A DNA stretch of 37,136 bases from a virus, in IMG/VR virus record IMGVR_UViG_3300029071_000002; one strand, given 5' to 3'. The notes beneath the pieces are model-generated. The model did no database searches. It was not told where the DNA came from and saw nothing but the letters and a program-made list of their open reading frames with translations. A program made the position numbers and the translations under genes. How positions within the stretch are numbered: position 1 is the stretch's first letter; every line of letters begins with the position of its first letter. Of the stretch, positions 30,139 through 37,136 are shown piece after piece.

Positions 30139-31080
30139 CTATTTTCCATTGTCATAACTCCATTTAATAGCCCCATTTTCATTATCGTATGAAAATGGAG
30201 GGCTGTCATAAAAAGCATCATCATACACACAGTGTATAGCACTGTTATCCTCATCATCAGTATAGATGTATAAACGGCTCAGTGCCGGTATATTAACTCC
30301 AGATTTTCCTTGCGCGCCATTCTGCCCCGGTTCTCCCTTCGGCCCCTGTATTCCCTGCGGCCCCTGTGGTCCTACATCTCCTTTAGGGCCTTGTACTCCA
30401 GCTTCTCCAGTCTCTCCTTTTACCCCCTGTAGCCCCCTTGGCCCTGTGGCTCCTTGCAATCCTTGTGGTCCAGGATCTCCTTTTTCTCCTTTGAATTCTC
30501 CAGACTGTAACCGGCTAACTAAATCATTTCTAATAGATTCAGCATTGGCTGCTGCTCTATTGGCATTGGATGCTGAAATATTGGCATCATGAGCGGATTT
30601 TTCAGCATCTTCTGTAGCCTTAACGGTCCGTGGATATATATTTTCATATTGAACCAATTGAGTAATAAGGCCCTCTGCATCTGCTTCCAATTGATCCAGT
30701 TTTCCGATATATCCACCCGCATCCAGGCTATTTTCATTGATCGTATCTTCCATGACGTAGTACAGGAAACGGCAGGAGGAAGACCGCCCGTCGCTGTATT
30801 TAAACTTTACGTCGGCTACTGCCTTACCAGGTATAGACAGCTCATTCCCAAGAAGCCTATATACATAGCCATTCCCGGATTTTATCAGATTTCCCACAAC
30901 CGGAATACGGTTCTCCAGTCTGATATTAATGGTTGCACTGACTGCATCAGTCACATATGCACCGTCATTTTTTACCCGGAGCGTGAACTGAGTCTGTCCA
31001 TAGTCTCCCTGCGTGAGACAGATACCGGTATCAATCGGATCACTGTATTTCGTGTTTAACTCAATATCATAGTTTACCAT
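30139..31080 (-). CDS. Baseplate upper protein / tail fibre with BppU-like N-terminus and collagen-like repeats (313 aa)
   Basis: N-terminal [40 protein letters not shown]. About 21 Gly-X-Y triplets near the C-terminus. Confidence 0.7.
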   Translation of the reverse strand: MVNYDIELNTKYSDPIDTGICLTQGDYGQTQFTLRVKNDGAYVTDAVSATINIRLENRIPVVGNLIKSGNGYVYRLLGNELSIPGKAVADVKFKYSDGRSSSCRFLYYVMEDTINENSLDAGGYIGKLDQLEADAEGLITQLVQYENIYPRTVKATEDAEKSAHDANISASNANRAAANAESIRNDLVSRLQSGEFKGEKGDPGPQGLQGATGPRGLQGVKGETGEAGVQGPKGDVGPQGPQGIQGPKGEPGQNGAQGKSGVNIPALSRLYIYTDDEDNSAIHCVYDDAFYDSPPFSYDNENGAIKWSYDNGK

Positions 31081-31329
31081 CTATACCACCTTTCCCATGA
31101 TTACATACGACGCCCCTGCTCTTATCAACAAAACTTTATCTCCTATGGATGGCGCATAACTGGAAATATATTTATACGGCTTCTGGCTGGCCGTTCCCTC
31201 CCCATAAAAGCGGACATATGGACGCCCGTTAGATATACTCATCACAGTTGCCATTCGATAAGTTTTTCTCTCACCTACGACATAATCTTTTATGTCCTGG
31301 AGACGTTCACCCGGATTATCATAGATCAT
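31081..31329 (-). CDS. Small baseplate protein (DUF2577/XkdR-like, 82 aa)
   Basis: ATGA coupling with the upstream gene. ...IGDKVLLIRAGASYVIMGKVV ending typical of the family. Confidence 0.5.
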   Translation of the reverse strand: MIYDNPGERLQDIKDYVVGERKTYRMATVMSISNGRPYVRFYGEGTASQKPYKYISSYAPSIGDKVLLIRAGASYVIMGKVV

Positions 31330-32429
31330 AATTTCACCACCCGTTTTAATGTATGGGTCATAGTTCCCCCAACGCTCAATTCCATCTCCCACGCATATTC
31401 AATATACTTATTTCCAACACCAAGAGTTGTTTCATTCACAAAGATACAGTCGCGGTACTCATGGTGTGGCATCAGACCTGTAGGAATCGTAATGGTATCA
31501 TAAGTCTGACTCTTTTCTATCGCAATTCTTCTGACAAGTGCATCAAGGGTTTCCTGATCCGCGATATCATCAACGCTTTCGATATCAACAACATTCCTTC
31601 CACGGTTTACTGTTGATATTTTACTTCCCGCACTGTCGTTCACATATTCGCTTCTCAATTCCTCCCCATCCGGATCGTCTGTATATCGGACAAATATATT
31701 CGGGACATTGTACATATCAAGGCTCTGCTTCGCTCCTGCCTTAATAAGGCTTTTGTCATCCGTACGGTATGAGTGTTCCGTTCTGCGGTTTACTGGCTCC
31801 ACATATCGGCGGCTAACAGCATACCCGTTGCCATTAAAATGCAGCGGCTCATAGTTGATCGCTGTCAGCAGTGCGTTAATAACTTCCAGTTTGCTTGTAC
31901 CGATCTCAAACTCAATATTTTCGCGGGCCATTAATACCGAAGTCTCAATATTTATTTTTTTAATCCCGGCCCCATTGATGAGGTTTCTTACTTCCCTGAC
32001 GTAGTTTGATCCGGAAGCGATAAAAAGCCGTTCCCGGATCTTGTCCTCACGCAGAATTGTACTGTAATCATAACAGTCAATATTCTGATATATTCCACAG
32101 TTCTGTGTCTGACGCTCCGGGCTGCTCATGATATAGATTCCGAGTGGATATTTCAGCCAGCCATGCTCTGTCAGCAGCATAAAAACGGGGCGGATTCTAA
32201 GATCAGTCTCCTTAAAATCCACCCCTGCGGTTTCCTCCACGATAAAACTTCCAGTACCCATGATCTCCTGGGAGCTGTCAAACCGGATACTTCCAGATAC
32301 ATTATCAAGGTCTTTCAGTTTCCGTTCGTTTCTGTCCAGCAGTTCGAAACGAAAATCGATCATTCTGTCACCTTCCAGCCGTTTTAAAACTTCTTCGTGG
32401 GTATATCCTCCCTGTGCCAGATTAGTCAC
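31326..32429 (-). CDS. Tail-associated / baseplate hub protein (Tal-position, 367 aa)
   Basis: Position after the Dit-position gene, size and coupling. No enzymatic motif recognised. Confidence 0.6.
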   Translation of the reverse strand: MTNLAQGGYTHEEVLKRLEGDRMIDFRFELLDRNERKLKDLDNVSGSIRFDSSQEIMGTGSFIVEETAGVDFKETDLRIRPVFMLLTEHGWLKYPLGIYIMSSPERQTQNCGIYQNIDCYDYSTILREDKIRERLFIASGSNYVREVRNLINGAGIKKINIETSVLMARENIEFEIGTSKLEVINALLTAINYEPLHFNGNGYAVSRRYVEPVNRRTEHSYRTDDKSLIKAGAKQSLDMYNVPNIFVRYTDDPDGEELRSEYVNDSAGSKISTVNRGRNVVDIESVDDIADQETLDALVRRIAIEKSQTYDTITIPTGLMPHHEYRDCIFVNETTLGVGNKYIEYAWEMELSVGGTMTHTLKRVVKL

Positions 32430-34161
32430 CGAACCTCACCCCCAGATCGTAATTGATGCGGCTTAACGACAAATCGAAAGTCTTCCCTCTGTCAAAAAGA
32501 TCATTTTTAAAGCTAAAATCTGTAATCTCGCAGCAGATACAGGTTTCCGAGTTACGGAACAGATAGATTCCATTCAGGCCATGGATCCGTTCCAGCGATT
32601 CTGCCTCCTTATTCGGAAGGTAGAAAGAGGTACTTATCGTTGATTCTTTATGAATACCGGATTCTTTCACCTTATACGTACGGCCTTCGTAGCTGACCAA
32701 TTCCGCTTCATTGCTCTTCTTCTGTTGTATTTCGATATGCCAGTCACTGGTAGATTTTATAATCCGGATACTCTCTGCAAGGTTCCCAACCTCAGCCAGA
32801 CGCGCACCTTTATATTTAATGGTCATATCTGCTGCATTACTGTCTGAGTAGCCACCTGCGTACGCTCTGATGATATAACGGTACAGCTTTCCAGATTTCA
32901 CCGTGTAATCCTCGTATTCGTTTCCTGCAAACTTGCCTATCGGGCTGTACGCTCCGCCTTCTTCCGAACGATACACAAATTTTGTACCAGCTGTCGAATC
33001 CGTAGTTATCTTCACACCTGCATCGAGTGCGGATACCGCTATGGACGGTCGGGCCGGCGCAGCGGCAGATATGGTAAATACCTGAGCACTCTCATCTGAC
33101 CAGATACCATATGCGCTTCCAATCCTCATTTTCACAACGTACTGGCCGTTTTCCAGCATCATATCAGGCACATAGGAATCAGACAGTCCTCCGGCCCGTT
33201 CGCCGCTGTCATGAATGATTTTTCCGTCCTTTATGATCTGCAAAATATAGACTGCATTTTCTGATTCGTTGCATTTCCAGGTTATTTCTGTAATGGAATC
33301 ATTCTTCATTCCCGTTATAATTGGACTGGCCGGCCTCCCGGTGAGTTCAAATGTGCCGTATGCATACCCGGAAGCCGCATTAATGGCGTTATAGGTCTGT
33401 ACTCTCCATTCTACAATTCCGATAGATATTGCAGCCGTTTCCATCGTATAGGACTGCTCTGAAGTATTCTGTGTGACTGTGGTCCAGGAAGACTCTCCCT
33501 GTTTTCGCCAACCAAATTCAAACTTCGCCTGCCCTGTATCGTAGAGCGAATTGTATTTCCACTGAAACGTAATACTTCCGCTTTTCTCAATTACATCACC
33601 GTTAGGATATAGAATCGTTGGAAGACTCGGAACTGCGTTGTTGTATACTACATTGATATATGGGGACTTTCCGCCCTCCTTGCTTGTAAACTTCCATGAT
33701 AAGCTTGGTACCACCTTATCATCAATGCTGTATACTGCCAGAACCACGTTATTCTTTCCGACATTATTTTTTACGATACTGGTTACATCCCATTCAATCC
33801 ATTCGTTGTTATCCTCCACCGTGGCTTTGGTTTCATATTCTGTAGGGGACCATGCGACATCACTATCCAGATACTTGTTGTAAAACAAATTACCTGTAAG
33901 ATTAGAGATGTCAGGGATATTATATTGTCCACAGCCTATTATACTGTTTTTGACTTTTACTTTATTGTGTAACCTTACAACCGCCGACACAATCTCTTTG
34001 TTGTCAAATCTAGGTATATTAAACTGGAGAAAAATCCCCATGAAACTTGATGAATTGATCTCTCTCCACATTGCAAGTTCTGTGTGATTATAGTTATTAT
34101 CGTTTCCGGAATAACGACTAATAAATGTATCTCCAGTACAAAGAATTGTCTGTTCCGCCAT
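32422..34161 (-). CDS. Distal-tail-position protein with N-terminal carbohydrate-binding-like and FN3-like extensions (579 aa)
   Basis: Immediately downstream of the tape measure gene. The N-terminal DTFISRYSGNDNNYNHTEL resembles the DNRLRE-type domain. Confidence 0.6.
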   Translation of the reverse strand: MAEQTILCTGDTFISRYSGNDNNYNHTELAMWREINSSSFMGIFLQFNIPRFDNKEIVSAVVRLHNKVKVKNSIIGCGQYNIPDISNLTGNLFYNKYLDSDVAWSPTEYETKATVEDNNEWIEWDVTSIVKNNVGKNNVVLAVYSIDDKVVPSLSWKFTSKEGGKSPYINVVYNNAVPSLPTILYPNGDVIEKSGSITFQWKYNSLYDTGQAKFEFGWRKQGESSWTTVTQNTSEQSYTMETAAISIGIVEWRVQTYNAINAASGYAYGTFELTGRPASPIITGMKNDSITEITWKCNESENAVYILQIIKDGKIIHDSGERAGGLSDSYVPDMMLENGQYVVKMRIGSAYGIWSDESAQVFTISAAAPARPSIAVSALDAGVKITTDSTAGTKFVYRSEEGGAYSPIGKFAGNEYEDYTVKSGKLYRYIIRAYAGGYSDSNAADMTIKYKGARLAEVGNLAESIRIIKSTSDWHIEIQQKKSNEAELVSYEGRTYKVKESGIHKESTISTSFYLPNKEAESLERIHGLNGIYLFRNSETCICCEITDFSFKNDLFDRGKTFDLSLSRINYDLGVRFGD

Positions 34162-35867
34162 TATATCTTACTCCTTCCCGTCCGATACGCCTGGTTTTCC
34201 TGCTGGGCCAACTTTACAACTTTGTTAAAATCATCAACATTGCTGGCATCAATAGTACAGTAAAATACGTTGACTGTTCCAGCTCCGTTCTTAGCAACAT
34301 TGCTCGGCACAACACGAGATCCTCGCGGAAGACGCACCAGTTCCGGCCCGTGTTCACCCACCCAAGCATCACCATTCATCGAATAGTCGGTTCCTAAAGC
34401 ATAGTGAGGTACTTGTTGCGCTGTATTCACAGTGCTGGTCACTGCGCTCACGCTGTTTCCCACACTATTCATTGCATTTTGCAAATCATTTCCTTTGCCA
34501 ATAATTACTGCAATGACTGTAGCAAGTGCAATTAGGGCGGCTACAACTCCGACGATAATCGCCGTGGTCTTTAATGTCTGAATATCCATGCCTTTAAACA
34601 TTTTCACAACGCCCTTTCCTGCATCTGTAACACTCTTGATCCCCTTATATACCAGTACAAACCCACTCGCTGCACCTACAAGCCCGACCAATCCCTGAAT
34701 CACAGGAATTGGCACCTTTGCGATTACTTCAAACAGATCGGTAAGAATCGGAGCGAGAGCAAGCCCGAAATTATTCTTCAGGTTCTTGCTGGTATTATCC
34801 ATCCGCCGCATAGCATCATCCAGCTCACCGAACTTCTGTAAGTTTTCTGTACTCATGACGTATCCGACAGTATGGGCTTCCTTTCCCAGTTCCTTAAATC
34901 GTTTACTTCCAGCTTCTATTAACGGATTTAATTCTTTTGCTGAGCGTCCGAATAAATCCATAGCCATAGAATCACGCTCTGTCTCATTTGTCATTTTTCC
35001 AAGTGCATCTATCGTATCATAAAAAACAGCTTCTGCACTTCTGAGCTCTCCGTTATGTTCTTTATATCTGACACCGAGTCTAGCAAATTCTTTCTGAAGA
35101 TCTTTGTTGCCGTCTCTCGCATCCGCCATACTCCTCACCATTTTGGACATGGATGAACTAATTTGATCCGTGGAGACGTCCAGAAGTTCGGCAGCATAAT
35201 CCAGTTCCTGTAAAGTATCTGTTGACAGACCTGTAACACTGGAAAGGGTAAGAATATTATCGGAATATTCAGCAGCCGACTTTGAACAGTCAATCAATTT
35301 GGTTGCAAGGGTACCGAGCGCAATTACTGCCAACCCGACTTTTTCATCCACGCCGTCAAATTTAGATGCGAATGCTTCAACCATTGGATTTACTTCTACT
35401 CCCAGCGTATCGGCTATGTCCCGAATCGTATCCCCAAAAGAGCGTTGCTTTTCCTCCGATTCTTCCGTCTTTTTTCCTGCTTCGTACTGCTGTTTCGAAT
35501 ACTCATCCAGCTCCTTGCAGGCCTGACCGTATTCCCCGTTCAGTTTTTCCAGAGTCGTACGTGCGTTCAGTAGTTTTTTGTCTAGGGCATCAACCTGTTT
35601 TTCGGTTGCATTTCCGCTTGTCATTGCCTTATCGTATGCCTTCCGATTCTCGTCTACAATTTTACTCTGAAGCTTTATTTTCTGCGACAACACTTCTTTT
35701 TTTATTGTTAGTTGGTCAGTTTCCGTACCATAATTTTTCGCCTGTTCTTTTGCGAGCTTAAATTCTGCTTCCAACAGTCCCATCTTCCTATTACATTCTG
35801 CAATTCCTCCACTGAATTCGGAGTAATCCAGCCCCAGAACAATAGAACGCTTATATTGACTCGCCAC
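34161..35867 (-). CDS. Tape measure protein (568 aa)
   Basis: Coiled-coil N-terminus, central hydrophobic segment (IIVGVVAALIALATVIAVIIG), position after the G/G-T chaperones. Confidence 0.85.
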   Translation of the reverse strand: MASQYKRSIVLGLDYSEFSGGIAECNRKMGLLEAEFKLAKEQAKNYGTETDQLTIKKEVLSQKIKLQSKIVDENRKAYDKAMTSGNATEKQVDALDKKLLNARTTLEKLNGEYGQACKELDEYSKQQYEAGKKTEESEEKQRSFGDTIRDIADTLGVEVNPMVEAFASKFDGVDEKVGLAVIALGTLATKLIDCSKSAAEYSDNILTLSSVTGLSTDTLQELDYAAELLDVSTDQISSSMSKMVRSMADARDGNKDLQKEFARLGVRYKEHNGELRSAEAVFYDTIDALGKMTNETERDSMAMDLFGRSAKELNPLIEAGSKRFKELGKEAHTVGYVMSTENLQKFGELDDAMRRMDNTSKNLKNNFGLALAPILTDLFEVIAKVPIPVIQGLVGLVGAASGFVLVYKGIKSVTDAGKGVVKMFKGMDIQTLKTTAIIVGVVAALIALATVIAVIIGKGNDLQNAMNSVGNSVSAVTSTVNTAQQVPHYALGTDYSMNGDAWVGEHGPELVRLPRGSRVVPSNVAKNGAGTVNVFYCTIDASNVDDFNKVVKLAQQENQAYRTGRSKI

Positions 35868-36455
35868 TTCCGAATCCCTCCAATTCTTTCATCGATGTGA
35901 TTGTGGGTGCCTTAAAATATTTTGTCTCGTATTCATCGTCTATTTCCATGTTCTTTTCATCATTATAGATGTCTATCAGTTTTATTATTTTTACCAGGCT
36001 GCTTTTCCAAAAACCAAGCTCAGACATTTTCATCTTTACACAATATAAATAAAAGATAAAATCAAAATCGAAAAGCAGCTGGTTTAACTGGATTTTGCCA
36101 GCCCAACCAACATCTGAGCTATCACTTTTTTTGTAATTGCATCCTCCATTTCCTTATCCATAGAACCGGACGAATCAAGATAATCTGTTATAATTTCGTT
36201 TAAATCAGCAGGACGTATTGACATCGCTAGGGCTTTAGCTTCCTCTATGGTGTAATCTGTATGGTTCACTTTAATTCCAGAGTATAATACAATTGCTCCA
36301 AATTCTTCTATCGGGATTTCAGTAACGCTCTGATTAAGTTTTATAAGTTCTTCCTGCATATAGCAGACTGCCCTCATGTTAAATGTAGCAATGAAAGACC
36401 GGTCGTTAAATACGATCTCAACCTCATTAGCCGGTGCTACTGCAATTTTTTTCAT
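35851..36455 (-). CDS. Tail assembly chaperone G-T fusion via -1 frameshift at A7 (36126..36132)
   Basis: Zero frame is ACA AAA AAA GTG. After a -1 slip the frame AGT GAT AGC ... stays open and runs into MKMSELGFWKSS (ORF 35851..36033). Confidence 0.65.
36084..36455 (-). CDS. Tail assembly chaperone G
   Basis: GAAGGGAG RBS before MKKIAVAPANEVEIVF. Directly downstream of the major tail protein. Confidence 0.7.
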   Translation of the reverse strand: MKKIAVAPANEVEIVFNDRSFIATFNMRAVCYMQEELIKLNQSVTEIPIEEFGAIVLYSGIKVNHTDYTIEEAKALAMSIRPADLNEIITDYLDSSGSMDKEMEDAITKKVIAQMLVGLAKSS

Positions 36456-36457
36456 TC

Positions 36458-37060
36458 TTATGCTCCCTTCGCCGGGTATGTACTGGGTCCCGTTGTAAAC
36501 CATTTAGCTGCCTGAGCATCTGTAAAATCCGGATTAGCCGCATCACCAAAAAAACGCAACCATTTATCACTTTCTCGTGGAATAAAGTTTATAGTAACAC
36601 TGTCCGTTGAAAAAGTAATATTACCTTCAGACTGTTTGTTTGTGGAATTGATCGGTTGTGCTTGTCCTTTTAAAAGCCATACAAACTCACTTTTTCCTCC
36701 AGTCTGTTCTACCTCATACCCAAGTGCAATGTACGGCGGCTCATTACCGGCAGCTTCTACAACAACGCCGTCTTTAAATGTATTCCCGCATATTTCAGCC
36801 CTTACTTCTGCAAATACTTTATTTACATCAACCACAACCGCAATGCCATTAAGGATAGAAATATCCTCCTCTTTTACTCCTTCTCCATACAATTCCCCTT
36901 TAGACACACTGGGAGTAAGCTGGATCTGCATGGCTTTTCCAAAGCCTTTAACTTCTCCATACGTTGTACCAGTGCTATCGTCTGTCGTCAGCAGACAGTA
37001 TTTCAGATTTTTTACGTTGATTCTGTTTGATTTTCCACTTTTGCTAGTCAAAAATATCAC
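36458..37060 (-). CDS. Major tail protein (phi13/TP901-1-like)
   Basis: VKNLKYCLLTTDDSTGTTYGEVKGFGKAMQIQLTP... pattern. GTG at 37060, or more likely TTG at 37051, after GGAAGGTGA. Confidence 0.75.
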   Translation of the reverse strand: MIFLTSKSGKSNRINVKNLKYCLLTTDDSTGTTYGEVKGFGKAMQIQLTPSVSKGELYGEGVKEEDISILNGIAVVVDVNKVFAEVRAEICGNTFKDGVVVEAAGNEPPYIALGYEVEQTGGKSEFVWLLKGQAQPINSTNKQSEGNITFSTDSVTINFIPRESDKWLRFFGDAANPDFTDAQAAKWFTTGPSTYPAKGA

Positions 37061-37136
37061 CTTCCATTTTCTCGAATTTTATAATCGCCCGCCAAAGTTT
37101 CGCAGCCGGATCACAGCTTTTTTCCACTAATGGTAT
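37044..37136 (-). CDS. Duplicate 3' end of the neck/tail-terminator gene (same as 1..92 plus the complete stop codon)
   Basis: Sequence identity with the left end. The stop codon CTA (TAG on the minus strand) is at 37044..37046. Confidence 0.6.
   Translation of the reverse strand: MPLVEKSCDPAAKLWRAIIKFEKMEGDIFD
37045..37136. repeat. Terminal overlap copy 2 (identical to 1..92)
   Basis: Same 92-nt string as 1..92. It lies inside coding sequence. Confidence 0.97.

Larger units (their letters stand above)
1..37136. mobile_element. Complete temperate tailed-phage genome (siphovirus-like tail, HK97-type head, HNH/cos-type packaging), circularly closed contig
   Basis: Contiguous head, neck, tail, lysis, lysogeny and replication modules. 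Identical 92-nt ends. No obvious host housekeeping genes. Confidence 0.9.

Noticed and set aside
29850-30480. Periodic short repeats that might suggest a CRISPR array or tandem satellite
   Set aside because: The periodicity is 9 nt (Gly-X-Y codons) inside two long, well-supported ORFs. There are no repeat-spacer units and no cas genes.
1-37136. A retron, diversity-generating retroelement, CBASS or other multi-gene defence island
   Set aside because: I could see no reverse transcriptase (YxDD), cyclase, nuclease-NTPase pair or template/variable repeat pair in any frame. The accessory content is limited to small ORFs.

Overview
The window is a complete temperate tailed-phage genome. The first 92 nt (1..92) are identical to the last 92 nt (37045..37136), so the unique sequence is 37,044 bp and the contig closes into a circle. 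About 85% of genes are on the minus strand.

Minus-strand layout in transcription order:
- Genetic switch at about 21.5 kb.
- Early accessory genes (21.4 to 18.7 kb).
- Recombination and replication (18.7 to 10.3 kb): DUF1351-like protein, ERF annealase, HNH proteins, replisome organizer, a LexA DNA-binding-domain-only protein.
- A recombinase and late-activator block (10.1 to 7.5 kb): XerC/D-like tyrosine recombinase, RinA/ArpU-like activator, a 182-aa catalytic-domain-only tyrosine recombinase.
- tRNA-Ile(UAU).
- Packaging and head: HNH, TerS (P27 type), TerL, HK97-type portal, ClpP-like protease, major capsid protein.
- Neck proteins, continuing across the circular junction into the tail module: major tail protein, G/G-T chaperone, tape measure, baseplate, two collagen-repeat fibres.
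- Lysis: XkdX-like, XhlA-like, holin, amidase.
- A lysis-distal island with an antirepressor-like gene and an XRE gene.

The plus-strand island (19.0 to 25.1 kb) holds three small cassettes, the CI-like repressor, a TM2-domain membrane protein, a large serine integrase and a recombinase-domain fragment. Gram-positive LexA boxes, XkdX/XhlA/holin types and choline-binding-type wall repeats point to a Firmicutes (probably Clostridia-like) host; that is inference.

Most interesting observations:
1. Three near-identical promoter plus 5' stem-loop units with compensatory stem changes. Each fires convergently into a minus-strand early gene.
2. A non-cleavable LexA-DBD-only protein, together with twin Cheo-type SOS boxes in front of the TM2 gene.
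3. A 74-nt cloverleaf-like element with two T-loop motifs that is not a canonical tRNA.
4. A DUF2829 (Tad2-like) candidate anti-Thoeris gene.
5. Three recombinases of two families.
6. A gene-poor 0.8-kb region with a promoter-to-terminator small-RNA candidate, and related GC-rich 3' structures.

All functional calls rest on my reading of motifs and synteny. No database search was run.
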